From positions 85,314,001-85,378,000 of the forward strand of contig NW_024704743.1 of the NCBI RefSeq assembly GCF_018977255.1: 64,000 nt of DNA, written 5' to 3'. The notes beneath the pieces were generated by a model, which made no database searches, was not told the origin of the DNA, and worked only from the letters and a program-made list of their open reading frames with translations. Within the stretch, counting starts at the first letter, position 1. Every line of letters starts with the position of its first letter. A program made the position numbers and the translations under genes. This DNA comes from Callorhinchus milii (Eukaryota). Shown here one piece after another: positions 38,236-52,804 of the stretch.

Positions 38236-41200
38236 TCAAAAATACATTTGGTTAATCCTATATAAGAGATCCAGTTTAGAAACAGCTGCCACCTCATCTG
38301 TGGTACAAAACCAATGCAATATTACTTCCAATACTGCAGTGTTTTGGAGTATGAAACAGAGTTTATATCTAATACTCTTAATTTGGAATTCAGTTTTCCA
38401 CAGTTCTGAAAAAGAAACCGGTTTCCAAATTCAAATTTTTAATACAATTCGGCACAATCTCAAGTTTTAAGAAAAGTGGTTTAACAAGCGAAGATGATGT
38501 AGAATTTCAAGCCTAAAACATGGAGGATAAAATGAGTACTATGTTACTGATCACTTTTCAATTACTAAACATTAATTGCGTGGCTGACAGTTGTCTCAAA
38601 GCATCAAGACAATTACAGTACTTTGGACAATTTCTCTTCTCAACTCTCGTCTCTTACTTAGTCTTCAGTCCACTGGATATTGTATTAGTTTGACTCTATA
38701 AAGCTCTGGTTAAAGCTCTGTAAAACAACTTCCTACTGCTAGCTAACTGCAACTTGCTAATATGCAACACATGGTTTTAATAAGTAACACACAGAGCAAG
38801 GAGAGATCATTTGATAGGAGAGCAAAATATAATCCTTTCTAATCTCATTTAAAATCTTTCTCATTAACTTCTACTATTTTCTGAAAACAAGACATTCAAT
38901 TTAAACTTTTGCTCAAAGATAAAATCAGCTGTGGAAATGAAGCGTTTAGAAATTATAAGACTGGAACCTAATCTGATTCCAGCCAATTATCCCCTTCTCT
39001 ACCGACATTGCCCCAACAGCACCAGGCTTCGGACACAAACGGCTAAACAACAAATGAAAATTAGACAGCATAACTAAGCATAATTTGTTTGAGGTGGAGG
39101 GGGTCAAGATTAAGAAAGGATCTGACAGAAACCAAAGAGAAAAAAAGTAAAATAAGCTATTAGCTTGGGTTCAACTCAGAATAAATGTGGCATTTCCAAA
39201 TTTCTCCCTGTTCTGCCATTCAAATTCTATAGTGGTTGTAGTTTTCAAGTGGAAATGTTCCCACAATGGCTAAGTGCAGCATTGAGATCAACCAAGAGAA
39301 AAATAAACCTCAACCTCCTACGACAACAAAACCAAATGAAAAGGTACTTGTGGGGATGCAAACTTCTGGCCTGGGAAATCCCATATTTCATCCATGAAAT
39401 ATCTTCCTGACATGAAAGGTACTACAATGATTATATAATAAACTATAAAACTGGAATGATTCATTAATATTGCTACGTAACCCAAGCCTGCAAGGAAATG
39501 CCAGTTACTTGCCACAATTTCCTCATCTTCCCTACCCAACATGCTGATAGAGACTAATCTGTCTCCCTTGGAAGCACCACAAACTGCTGAGTACACTAAT
39601 ATATAGTGTATTGTGGAAAATATATTGCTTCATTCATATGGGTTTATGTGCTGTAATGTAGGGTCCACATCACCAGTGGCCTGTAGTACCACTTACAACA
39701 GTACAAGCCACACACCACGTACATGGTAACGAAGTGACAAATTTAGCAGCATTTGACTTTACGAGGTGCTCAATGTCTGAATACATACTGCTTCCAGACA
39801 AACCTTCTAATCGTACCAAGGTCAAAGATAACGGTTGGTCTGGAAATGCTTCTGTACTGGTCTTGGTAGGATCTTAACCATGAAACTTACAAACTAGTTA
39901 CAGAGGAACCTCCAACTGAATATCCCACTGTGACAGCTTAATAGCCTGGTAAATTTATAGCTTTTCCAGTCTATAAGGTTAGTCCACTTAACAGCAGCAT
40001 ATGGGCCGAATACTTTGTCATAAGCCTTGTCGTCTTCACTTCCCAAAATACAGTACATTCTGTGAAAGAGCTGGTTTCACTGTACTTGTAAAGCTATAAA
40101 TTAGCTCATATGCAGATAACCTGGACCAGTGTCAAATTGGTACAAATACAAGACTCTTAAGACTATTTTGTCTCATCCTTTGAGCCTACTTACCTTTGAA
40201 ATAGGGAGGCCAAAAATGTGGACATTTTTTAAAAATTGTAGGTTTAATGGTTTGGATGCACAATCTAGTTGGTGACACACTTCAACATTTCTGAGTTAGA
40301 TACCTCTCATTTCAACACAATTTATCTTCTAATCTGCCTTTAACCCTTTTCATGCCAATCACTATCAGGCCATTCATGCAATAATCATGGTGGTTCCCAT
40401 AATACAATCCAAATTTACATAACACCTTTCATGTCGGGAGGACGTCCCAAGGTGCTGGACAGTCAAGGGTTTGCACCCAATCTGAGTGTTAGGGCCGAGG
40501 GGATGAGGACAAAGAATGTTGGCCAAAATTTAAGCCTTGAGGCAAGGAAAGTGAGGGAAAGATGAAAGGAAAGAGTGAAGCAACAACTTGTCCCAGTACC
40601 TTCGAGAGGAAAGTTCAACTTTGGTTGCCATTTCCCACAGTTAAGACTTTTGAAGTAGAATGCAATTTTGGCTCTGGTGTGAGCTGATCTAACACATAAT
40701 TGTGAGTATGAATGTTTTTTGGTTAATTTAACTTCTTGCCACTTAAAAGCACATTTTAAGCTTGTTCTCAGAAGCATTCCCTTTTCTGACAAAACAAGTC
40801 TAAATTGATGATACATCAGATGCCGGTTTCTCAAGGAATATTGTAACTATAATGTGTTTTTTGACAACTCAGTATTTACATTTACAAAGACTTGAATGAA
40901 AAATGGGGAATAGAATTTTATTCAGTGGATTATCATATACTGACCTCTACTGGAGAACAACCTCACTACTCAAGAAGTGATAAATTCAATAGCATTAGTT
41001 TCTATGGAGAAGTTATTTCACAGCCAGGGCAAAATATTTCATTGTTTACTTAAAAAAACGAAAGATCTGGAGAGCCTTATCATACGGTTCAATTATATGC
41101 AGGAGCTAAGCTTCACTGCTAAATAAACCTTGAACAATATAAGGTCTAACCCACAAATCATAAAGGCAACTCAATTATATGGAAAGGAAAACATTTATTA

Positions 41201-42214
41201 AAACTGATAAGGAAGGGTTTATTCTTCCTATTAGCTCCTGCTACAATGTGAATTTGTGCATCCGGAAACCGACGCAGTTAAAGCATTCCTGGAAATAAGG
41301 CAGAAAATGGGATTTCAGTACGGTACTATAATATGGTGGGAGGTGGATAATTCTGATCAGAAAGCTAACTGTGAAGCTCACGCTGTCGTTCTGAATCCTT
41401 TGAAGTTCTGTGGATACTTCTTAAACACTTCCAGTATCTCCTCAATCAGTTCCCCAAACAGCTGTAAAACAACTGAATAAATGAACTGAAAGAACACCCC
41501 ACTTTCTAGCTTAGCATACATTCGGAAGATACTTCAGTGCCTTTATGAGAAGCATCCGAGACTGCCTAAACAAATATTGATGATCTGAAACAGGCCATGG
41601 GTATAGTTCAATACAGTACCATGGATGCTGGTTGGGCCACCTGAAATTCTGGGATTTTTGATACGTTAGAAGACCAAGACGATCAACAAACACATCAACA
41701 GGAGAAGCCTTATTTATGACCAACTTATTTTAGCAAACCACTTGCTAAACTATTTCTCCAATGTAGTTTCCCAGGCATGTTAGTGTTTATATTGGAGGGA
41801 AGATTCATCAGGTGTCAGATTTTTAAAAAAATTGATGGGTAAGAACTCATTTATGATTGCAATTCCTGGTACTTCCTCTTTCACCCTCTTGAATGTGCCA
41901 TTCCACGCTCAGATGCAGTATAACAGGTGGCATTCACCTTTCACTACCTCTCCCAAGTCATTTTCTTGCTTTGTCTGAACAATAAGCATCAGCAGGCTAT
42001 TTGGCCTTAGAAACACCATAAGCAAGTCTGATCCTATGCTCGCGTAATGTATATAATAATAATTACATGTGATATAGCACCTTGGGAGGTCCTCCCGACG
42101 TGAAAGGCGCTATACAAATGTAATCTTGTTGTTATTACCATGCGTTTGAGATGCTCAAAGCATACTTTCGAATAGACACGCTAGAGGGTGGGAACAGTAC
42201 ATGATTGTGTCAGC

Positions 42215-42520
42215 CTGGCTTAGTTGGTAGCACTCTCACCTCTGAGTAAGAAGATTGTGGGTTCAAGCCCCACGTTTCCACTTTGAACTCACGTAGTCTG
42301 AATCTAGCCAGACACTTGAATACAGTACTGGGTGTGAGCTGCAGTGGCGGAAGTGCCGTCGTTCATCTGAAATGTCAATCGAGGTCCCGTCTGCCTGTTC
42401 AGGTTGACATTAAGGATCCCATAATACAGTCACTATACTTGACAGTAAATCACGTGAAGCGCTTTGAGATGCCCTCCTGACGTGAAAGACGCTATACCAG
42501 ATGCAAGGACTATTATAAGT
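42215..42520 (+). mobile_element. Deu-domain SINE with internal deletion
   Basis: Head TGGCTTAGTTGGTAGCACTCTCACCTCTGAGTAAGAAGATTGTGGGTTCAAG, Deu core CGTCTGCCTGTTCAGGTTGACATTAAGGATCCCAT, and tail. Confidence 0.7.
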
Positions 42521-43846
42521 TGAAGAGTTTTTTCCCCATCGTGGACAACAATCTTCCACTTTGCAGTCGTTCGTAGTTTGACAGAAATAAAAACAACAAC
42601 TTTGCTGCATTAGTCTACACTAAAATGTTTGGAGGGAAAAGAGTTACATTTTATGAAATGTTTTATTTTACTATTCCTGACAGGGATTCGATGTTCAGGA
42701 TTTTTAAAAAAATAAAATGTACAGATGACTTACAAAATCCATAAAAGAAATAAATTTCCAATGCAATATACAGACATATTAATAAGGTAACGTCATGTCT
42801 CCAATAACCCCTAACATAAAAAACACTACGGCACATTATGTTTAGTGGTATTTTGAAGTATTATAATTCAACCAAATGAATTGGATGTGTGCCAAGAAGA
42901 GGAAAAGATTTATCATCTTGGATCACAGACTAAAAGTAACTCCACTGAAAGCATTGGAGGCCCCATCACTATAGTTACCAGTTTCATCAACATTACAGAA
43001 GTCCAATGACCGTTTCAGTGCTTACAAGAAACATATTGCTGTCAGCTGGCACAGATTTCTATTACTCCAACAAAGTCTACATCACATTGACTGTCTGATA
43101 TCCTTCCGGACTTGTAAATCTGCAAGGACAGAAAGCAACAGCAGCTTTCTGGAACATTAGAACCAACGTCTTTTACTACATCAGGATCGTATAAGCATGT
43201 AAACCCACCATTTGTTGGGTGAATTTTTAAAAATACTCAGTGTGAAAGGTTTATAAATTGATGGATTCAGATCTCTGAACTCTTGAAGTGTAAAAACAGA
43301 TGAGCAAAGACCAAATCTCAGCCCAATCTGCCTGAAATGTGACTTCGTTTTTTTTCTGCGAATTCTGATTTAATTCATTATCATTGTAAAAAAGCAACAT
43401 GGGACCAGTCCTAATGCATTCCTCCCTCCACCTCGTCACTCATTGTTGCCACATATTTGTGCGAGGGAGGGGAACTGAAATATTCTGTGAAATTGCAAAA
43501 TTCAACATCCACAAGCAAATGCAGATGAGCAAACACTTAACAAAGTATGTTTAATGGAACTGTGAATCAGTATAAGATGGAAGTTACTCCAACAAACACA
43601 CCCACTCATGCTTGAATGTTGAGCCTAGATTACAGCCCAGAGTCTGAACTTAGACATAAACTGGATACTGTAGGTAATATTAATATTGTAGCTGTCCCAC
43701 TCACCGGCAGGAATTTCAGCCCATTGTGATAAAACAGACGTCTCTTTCTGCACCTTATCAATAGTTAAATAGTTTCAAGTTGTTTAACATAATGCAAGAA
43801 TTACATTTGCACCTAATTTGCTGCAATACTATATCTTCAGAAGAAT

Positions 43847-44210
43847 GGAGTCCGGTAGTTTAGCGGTTAGAGCACTCGCCTCGCAAACGAGAGGACCTGC
43901 CTGGGTTCGATTCCTGGGCAGGGCGAAACATTGCGCAAGTTTCCTTACTCCACACGCCTCTGTTCACCTTGCAGTAAATAGGAACCCGGTTGTAGTCTGG
44001 CGGATCGCTTTACTGGGGATAATAATTCTTTCAAAATCAATTTTAAAACATAAATAATTTGGTCACATAATCCACCAGTTTGTGGGTCATTGCTGTGCGC
44101 AATTGGCTGTGCGTTTCGTCCACAAAATATACAGTATATTCTGTGAAGCTCTTCAAGACGTCTTGAAGACGTGATAAGGCCCTATATCAAATGCAAAGAT
44201 TATTATTATT
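43847..44210 (+). mobile_element. Full-length tRNA-derived SINE (long-body subfamily)
   Basis: A/B-box head; tail ACGTCTTGAAGACGTGATAAGG followed by (TTA)n. Confidence 0.85.
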
Positions 44211-44298
44211 AATGCTCATGTTTCAGAATTCTAGCAACATTGCAAAAACAAAGACAAATTATTCCAACTAAAATCAACCTTGCTGCAGTACATTAATG

Positions 44299-44695
44299 CA
44301 TTGGTTCCCTAACTGGAGTTCACAAACCCCTGGGGGGGAAGCCACGAGATGGATTCAGCGAGCCTCGGAGCTGGGAGACAGAAAGGTCCAAAGCCTATGG
44401 AAACCTAGTTAGACTACGGAAGTCCGTGCAGTCCAGAGAGTGGATGAGAAAGGCACATTCCCAAGGATTGCTCCTCAACGAGGCAATATATACCGGACAG
44501 CACGGATCCCAACAGGTCCAAGCAGAGAAAGAAAGTAACCAAGCCAGGGATCATGATTCTAGTGCAAGGTATATTCCGGGCAGCCTTTTGTGTTTCTGAA
44601 TAAGTGATGGGCTGAATAAGTATGGATCCTGAGTCAGGAGAGTAATGTCATGGGGACCTTCAGCTGTACACTATATTGAAGATTTAGAACCTTGG
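44299..44695. mobile_element. Possible decayed hAT (Charlie-like) non-autonomous element
   Basis: Ends CATTGGTTCCCTAACT and GATTTAGAACCTTGG loosely resemble CAGTGGTTCCCAAACT-type terminal inverted repeats; no target-site duplication confirmed. Confidence 0.3.
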
Positions 44696-46768
44696 CACAT
44701 GGTTTTACAACTGTGTTTTTAACCACGTTTATCAGCACACAATGACAGTTATTCAGCTCACACCACTGCTAATGGAGCCAAATGCATTTTAGTTACAAAA
44801 TCAAAATCACAAAGCAGGATCCACCACAGCACGAAACACACACAGACACACACACACGCTCACAAAGTGTGAATCTATTCTTCAGTGAAGTTATAGAAAA
44901 CGACTGTCGCGACTGAGGTACCCAAGCACACTGTGAATACACCGAAAGAAGGTGAACAGATCACCAGCATATCGGTTGGCTCTCAGGCCCCCAAGTTGAA
45001 TGGACACTAATCTACAATGGATGATGAAGTGCTTTTTAAACAAAAGTCATGCTATACCCTGGAAAGCTCAAATACTTATTCACTTGGGTACCTTTCTGAC
45101 TATCGTAGCTAAACTATGAGAGTCGGGAGAGAGGAAGGACTCACAACAGCATCCGAACATCAGCCAAAACAGGCAAGAATCAGCAAAAATTTTCTTTTAA
45201 ATGTAATGTGATCTTATTTTAGTCTAGTATTTAGACCATCTAAATAGTAGCCTTTTGTTAACTTCTATAAACTTATACAAGTTTAGAACTAGTATTGTGC
45301 ACACTGGCTTGTTTTATTTGAACAACTCTAAATAATAAATTGAGTTAGCAAATTTCACAAGATCTTTCATATCAATTGAGGTTAGAGTAATGGAATTGTA
45401 ATTACTCTTGAAAATGAAGTCATATAAAATATCAAGTGATTGGCTATCCTGTCAGTGGTATTGCACAACGATGCCATTTTTATGTTACAAATTTGCATCC
45501 TGATGCAACTTTTAATATAAAAGCACATTGTGACTATCCCGCCACTATATCTTAGAAGATTCCCGACTCAGAGTTGCACCTCTACCACCTTTTAGAGGAA
45601 AGCATCCTCTGGAATGAAAATTTTTCATTTCATTCAGCGCCATTGAATGTTCGGAGCCAATGATGTGCGGATGTGTAAAGGCATTGTGCAAGTACAGTAA
45701 CATCAAATACCAATGTGAGAACTACATTTATGCGTTAGCTAAAGTTGCCAGAAAACTGGGGATAGCCTTTGCCCTCACTGTTATCATTTGGGCAGTGGAG
45801 ATCACAAAAAAGGATTTTATAACAACACTCAAGTCAGGCCCAACTGACATAAGCTCTTTGAGATGTACTCCTGACGTGAAAGGTCCCATATAAATGTTTG
45901 TTTCGTATTGTCGTTATGACACTGCAAGTTCATGTATACGTAGAGCGTCATTTCAAAGTCCAGAGGCCAATGTATCAATGCCAGAGGCGAGAAGAGTGAC
46001 CGCACTTCTATACACCTTTACCATGGAAACCAGGGATCAGGCTTAGCCGTGATCGAGTGGACATTAACAATTCCATACCACTCAAAAAGAGAAGGGAATT
46101 TTTTTTTTCTCCTGATGCCCTCGACAACAATCCTACAGATAAAATTGGTCATTCACCTCATGGCTGTTTGGAGGAACATGCGCAAATGGTGGCAGTGGTT
46201 GCCTACAAAAAACAATCACTACAATTGATGGGAATTACTGAAAGTGATTTGAGACATTTAAATGGGATAAAACTGTTATTTCTTTATGGGGTGGATCTTA
46301 CTTGGGCTATGTCCAAAATAACTTCTAATACTCAAACTTTAATCTAAATGCATCGCTGATTCTTTTAACAGTTTTGGCTGAGACTGCAGGTGTCACTACA
46401 ATTACAAAATAGTTGCACACAACGCTCTCTACGATTTAGACTTGGAATGCGCAAAGCTTTCAGAGACCAGAGGAAAAAGAATGAAATACCGTATCTAGAT
46501 GGTAAGGCATTGAGATAGCCTTGGCTTGGAACCTTAGTTTATCACAATCGTATTCAAAACTTCTGGGTGTTCAAAATGATCTAGATGTTGCCGTTTCAAT
46601 TCAATCCCCTCCAATGAAAAGACACTGCGCATACCAAGTCATTATGCTACATAAAAAATGATCATGCATTCAACAAAAAAACTCAAAAAAGTTGCAAAAA
46701 TATAAAGTCACAAAGGACTGTGTCTTTATGCATGCGGGGATATGCATGCTGTATAGGGTTATACATAC

Positions 46769-46813
46769 CGAGAAAGAACCTTCTAGTTGTTTTGATTTCT
46801 TCCTCCTTATTGT
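46769..46813 (-). CDS. SLC66A2: SLC66A2/PQLC1 45-nt symmetric (phase 1-1) cassette microexon, DNKEEEIKTTRRFFL
   Basis: Polypyrimidine tract plus AAAAG| acceptor and G|GTATGT donor. The peptide resembles the alternatively spliced mammalian segment (recalled as ADSKDEEVKVAPRRSFL). Not shown in the ORF track in this frame. Confidence 0.8.
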
Positions 46814-47074
46814 CTTTTGACACAGAAAAAGAGACAACAAACTAGTTGATTTTGAATTCAGTACAATATTTTCAACAACCATTATATAACAATTCTTCTT
46901 TCTGGTTGGAGAGAGGCTCTTTATAAAGAAAAGGAACTTCTAACCTACAAATGGATTTTTTCCAATCAAGATTTGCAATATCCCTTATTACTACCAACAT
47001 TCAGAAAAATCCTGCAAAACTAGGTATCTTGCAACCATAAATAATACACAACAGATCTGTGGTAGTCGACATGG

Positions 47075-47400
47075 TCACCTTGGTTCATTAGGTAGCACTC
47101 TCAGTTAGAAGATTATTGGTTTAAGCCCCAAGATACACTCCAGTGCAGCATTGGAGCAGTTGTCAACACTACACTGCCTTTAATGTGGATATTAATGAAT
47201 ATTAATGACTAACACTATTTGAAAAGAGAAGGGAGTTTAAACAATCCTCCAACTTTGTTATTCACTTCATGGCTGCTTGAGGGACTTTGCTGGAGCAAAC
47301 AGCAGTCATATTAATTTATAAATCACAAAAAACTTCACAATAATTACTATAAAGCATTTTTAGATGTTTTGACATAATTTGGCATTGTATAATACAAATG
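47075..47400 (+). mobile_element. Old Deu-domain SINE
   Basis: Decayed head GGTAGCACTCTC...GAAGATTATTGGTTTAAGCCC and core ACACTCCAGTGCAG. Confidence 0.5.
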
Positions 47401-47879
47401 ACATTACAAAATATGATTTCCTTCTCATTCTTTCTGGGAAATGGTCTTAGAAAAAGAGTTTTTTTAATAAAAGGGAAATAAAGCACACTTTAGCAAGTTG
47501 AGCAGATTTAGAGAATCAAATAGTAAAGAAATAGCTGCTAAACTAAAAGTTCAGGACTTCATATTCATAAAATCAGTGATCCAAAAAAAGGCTCTGATTC
47601 TGAGTTGACTAGTGTTCACTTTGTCAGAGGCTGGACTCAGTTTACCCACAAGCTGGTATAGATACATGTTGACTGCTTTCTTCCTCAGAAAAGGCTGATA
47701 TCAATGTCCTTCATTCACACTGTAAAAGCACAAAGCAACTCTGAAACAAGCAGATAGCATCCAATTGTCTTGCACGATTAATGAGTGCAGTACTTCCAAA
47801 TATTGCTTGCACATGCACCTTTTGCACTCCAAATATAAACTTACCCTCACAGAGGTAAATGCAATAAACCACACAGAGC

Positions 47880-48200
47880 AGGTTAGTCACTGTTTTTTGC
47901 TGATTTGGGCCTCAGTTGAGCCTATGCAGGAGGGACTAAAACCAGTCTTGGTTTGGACGAGAGGAATAAAAATCAATGAGGGTTACTGCTCCTGATCACT
48001 ATCCAGAAGAAAACTGTACTTGGCTGGTGGGTGAGCTACCATACAGACCATCCTCCCTAGTTGAGCAGCGCAAAGTCCAGACAGACCACTCACACAACCT
48101 GCCATGGGGCACAGCACCAGAGAACTGGCAGTCAGTGCCCCTTGGAACGTTACTTACTCCAGCAATGAAACATCTCCTTCAGGAGAAATTGAAGAAACAA
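47880..48200 (+). mobile_element. LF-SINE-like ancient SINE
   Basis: GGGTTACTGCTCCTGATCACTATCCAG...CCTTCAGGAGA matches the LF-SINE body and 3' end as I recall them. Confidence 0.5.
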
Positions 48201-49691
48201 AACTGGAATTAATAGCTCCTTCCCACCCCCCAATTACCTAGGGAGAAATTCTATTTGGATTTTCACTTATTCTATTTTCTTTGTATTTGATATTGTCCGG
48301 AATTTAACACATTGTTGAATTCAGCTTTAACATCAAAATAATTTGCAGAAACTAGCTTCAAAATTAAGACCGTACTGAAGAATTTGCCAAATTCTGAAAT
48401 GCTAAAAAAATAAATCGAGACCCAGGTGAAATTCCAATCCCCCTTCAGTTTATGGGTTGATCCTTTTAATGGGAGAGTCCAATCCATCCAATGACACAGT
48501 GGTTGACAATTAACCTTAGTTGTAAAAGTTACAAATTGTGGACCTGGAACAGCTGTTCTGTCCTATAAGGTGGCGGGCACCTCCTTTGGCTATAATCTGG
48601 AAACCAAAGCTAAGATCGTGGTCTGCACAGGCACTTGCGGCCTCCTGACAGATTCACAATTTATAATCCCTTGGCAAACATCGCAAATTAAGACTCACTG
48701 TGTCTAAAATAAAAACCATCCCAATGCAATTTTCTTCACAAAGTAATTCGACTCAAGTGTTTCCTCTGAATTAAACAACTGGACAGTTCAGTGAAATGTG
48801 CACTGGAGAAAAATTCCACCAATTATGTAGCATTTTAAAGCGTTCAGAATGCGGAAGATTCCTAAAAAGCTGGTTTTCATGTACGTTCTTTTAAGAAATA
48901 AAAAAACAAACTTCAAAGTCAAGGCTAAATTCAACAATTTCCAAATTCTGGCTGCCCTAAAATGCTACACAAACGGAGTAAATCTAGACACAGGTGACAT
49001 TCCTCCTCAGTGGTTTCATTGCTTTGTCTCAGTTGCCAGTATTGGAGTTGGTTATTCCTTCACTATTAGACTGAAATTCCAGTCATTGTTAGAAGTACTG
49101 CCTTTAGAAAAATTGGTGCTAATGGGATTTTGGGAAATGCACATTTCCAAAGGCCTGGATTAGGAAATGCAGCACATTTTATTAGCACATTACAAGGGAT
49201 GTAATTTCTTTCCAATAAATAATTAAAGCTACTTTAAAGAGTACTTTGGAATATTATTTTTTGATCAATTTCAGTTTGTGGGCTGTGATCAACTAGTGCA
49301 TTAATGGCTAAACTGATCTACTGCAGAGTCACAAATCCATCATTTAACTCATTTTGTAGGATCTCTGTCCCTAACTTAAGAAAAGCTTACAAATCACGCA
49401 GATAAAAAGCATGCCTCTGATTTTAAATTGAAGTGTCACTGAATCGCTTGACCTGTTGCAACATTTACAAGCTACTGATCAAATTAACCAACTGCTCAAA
49501 ACTAGATCATACTGCAGCAAATAGTTAACCTAGTATAACCACAACTCCATCAGCAAAATGTGCAGCGCAGGCTTTGAACTAAGATCTTAGGATACGTTAA
49601 CAGTGATACGATTGCAACTGAGAGAGCAGGTGAAAAACTTTCATCCAGGTGTGTTGGTCCCAAAGGATTAGTAATAGGGTTACTTTTTCAT

Positions 49692-52060
49692 ACATAACAT
49701 GTAGGAGCAGGAGTAGGCCATTCGGCCCTTTGAACCTGCCCCGCCATTCAATCATGGCTGATCTTCCAATCTAACTCCAGCTAATAACCTGACCCTGCCT
49801 TATCCCCATATCCCTTAATCCCTTTTGCAATAAGAAATCTATCTATCTCAGTCTTGAATATGTTCAAGGACTGAGCGTCAACAGCCCTTTGGGGTAGCAA
49901 GTTCCATACATTCACCACCCTTTGAGTGCAGAAGTTCTTCCTCAACTCAGTACGAAAGGGCTGGCCTCTGATTTTAAGGTTGTGACCCCTGGTTTTAGTT
50001 TCTCCAACCAGGGGAAACAATCTCCCACTATCTACTCTATCATGCCCTTTGATGATCTTATAGGTTTCTATAAGATCCCCTCTAATTCTTCTATGTTCTA
50101 GAGAATATAGGCCCAAATTGGTCAGCCTATCCTCGTAACTCATCCCCTTCATCCCTGGTACTAACATAGTAAATCTACGCTGCACTCCCTCCAAGGCAAG
50201 TACATCCTTCCTTAAATGGAGAGCAAAACTGCACACAGTATTCCAGGTGTGGTCTCACCAGGGCCCTATACAGTTGCAGCACTTCCCTACTCTTATACTC
50301 TAATCGTTTCATAATGAATGCTAACATACCATTAGCCTTCCTTATTGCTGCTGCACCTGCAGACTAACTTTCTGTGATTGGTGTACAGGGACACCCACGT
50401 CCCTCTGGACGCTAACACATTCCAATCTCTCCCCTTCTAAAAAATAACCCGCTTTACTGTTTTTCCTACCTAGGTGGATGACTTCTCACTTCCCTACATT
50501 ATACTTCATCTGCCACCTACCTGCCCAATCACCTAACCTATCTATGTCTCGCTGCATTTTTTTAATGTCGTCCTCTGTGTTGACACTTCCTCCTAGTTTT
50601 GTGTCATCCGCGAATTTAGATATATTAACTTCGATGCCCTCATCTAGATCGTTGATGTAAATGGTAAATAGCTGAGGCCCAAGAACTGATCCTTGTGGCA
50701 CTCCACTAGTCACATCCCGACAATCTGAAAAGGACCCATTTATCCCTACTCTGTGTTTCCTATCTGTTAACCATTCCCCAATCCACTTTAATATGCTCCC
50801 CCCAATTCCATGGGCCCTTATCTTTTGGACTAACCTTTTATGCGGCACCTTATCAAATGCCTTCTGGAAGTCTAAACAGAACACATCCACTGATTCACCC
50901 TTATCTAGTTTACTGGAAATATCCTCAACAAACTCTGTGAGATTTGTCAAACATGACTTCCCTTTTGTAAAGCCATGTTGACTTGGCCTAATTATATTGT
51001 GCTCCCTAAATACCGCACTACCACATCCTTAATCAACGATTCTAAAATTTTTCCTATCACTGATGTGAGACTAACTGGCCTATAGTTCCCCATCTTTTCC
51101 TTTCCACCTTTTTTAAATAGTGGTGTGACATTTGCGATCTTCCAATCCATGGGGACTGTTCCAGAATCCAAGGAATTTTGGAAGATCAGACATAAGGCCT
51201 CCACTATCTCATAAGCTACCTCTTTTAAAACCCTGGGATGCAAGCCATCCGGACCAGGGGATTTGTCACTTTTTAGTGCTAACAGTTTCCCTAGCACCAA
51301 TTCTCTACTAATGAAAATTTCCCTAAGTTGCTCCCTGTCCTTATCCCTTTGGTGCATCTCTAATGTTGGCAGACTTGTTGTGTCTTCTAGGGTGAAGACA
51401 GATGCAAAGTACCCATTTAGGGACTCTGCCATGTCCTTGACCCCCATTACAACTTCTCCCGTCTCTGACTGAAGTGGACCTACATTTACCCTCACTAGCC
51501 TATACCTCTTAATATATTTGTAAAAACTTTTACAATCAGACTTAATGTTCCTAGCTAGCTTACCCACATACTCATTTTTCTCACTCTTAATGAGTTTTTT
51601 TAGTTTTATTTTGCTGGTTTCTAAAACTCTCCCAATCTTCAGAATTGCCGCTTTTCTTGGCAGTTTTATAAGCCTTTTCGTTTAATTTGATGCTTTCCCT
51701 AACTGCTCTAGTTAGCCAAGGATGAATTGCTTTCCCTGTGGTACTCTTATTCCACAAGGGAATATGCGACCGCTGAGAATTTTGCACTACATCCTTAAAT
51801 ATTTGCCACTGTTGGTCTACATTTTTACCTCTTAATCTTATTCTCCAGTCTATTTTACCTAAATCTTTCCTCATACCTACAAAATTAGCCCTATTTAAAT
51901 TCAGAATACTTGCCTCGGATTTAACTATATCCCTCTCTAACTTAATGCAGAATTCAATCATATTGTGATCACTCTGCCCTAGAGGATTCTTAATACCTAC
52001 ACTGCCAACTAGCCCTGTTTCGTTACACAAAACAAGGTCGAGGATGGCCTGTCCCCTACT
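49692..52060 (-). mobile_element. CR1 LINE, 5'-truncated ORF2 (end of APE endonuclease plus RT), disrupted
   Basis: Motifs [56 protein letters not shown] and FADD are spread over broken ORFs; 3' tail GAATGGCCTACTCCTGCTCCTA. Confidence 0.95.
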
Positions 52061-52585
52061 GCAACCTTAGACACACGGTATAGATAGTAACCCCAGATAG
52101 GACAGCAGCCACCTTGTGGTCAGTTTGCTACATTAGCACAGGAGTCTGTTTTACAAATACTGTACTGTATTCTTAAGTAGACGAGCATCGAGCTTCTCCG
52201 ACATCTTAATGTCCTAGAAAAATCCATTCTAGCAGATTATCTGTCATCAGTCAAAACTATTCAAAACATCATAAGAGTGGAAGTTAGATTAAAAATAAAA
52301 CCACTGTATTTTCAAAACCATCCACGTTTTTAGCAACACAGTTGGCATTCCAGTCATAATGTTGAAATATAATATTTTGAAAAAAGAAATTTGCTTAAAA
52401 ATGCACAGTGAATGTTTTCCACAGTAAGTGTTACACTAGTCACTCAATACCTTAGTCACTCAATACAATAATATATTGCCTGCCATGTTCGCCCATAAAA
52501 CAGTCATTCCACTTTGTATGATATATCTTGGGGCGTCTTCCCAACATGAAAGGCGTTATATCAATTGTAAGTATTATTAATATTA

Positions 52586-52804
<219 letters not shown>

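Noticed and set aside
39480..39545. Peptide LGREDEEIVASNWHFL as the PQLC1 cassette exon
   Set aside because: Splice phase is incompatible and it lies in an old SINE-like relic; 46769-46813 fits much better.
48158..48202. 45-nt AG...GTAAGT-bounded in-frame segment on the - strand
   Set aside because: Poor polypyrimidine tract, no similarity to PQLC1, and it lies in the end of an LF-SINE-like element.
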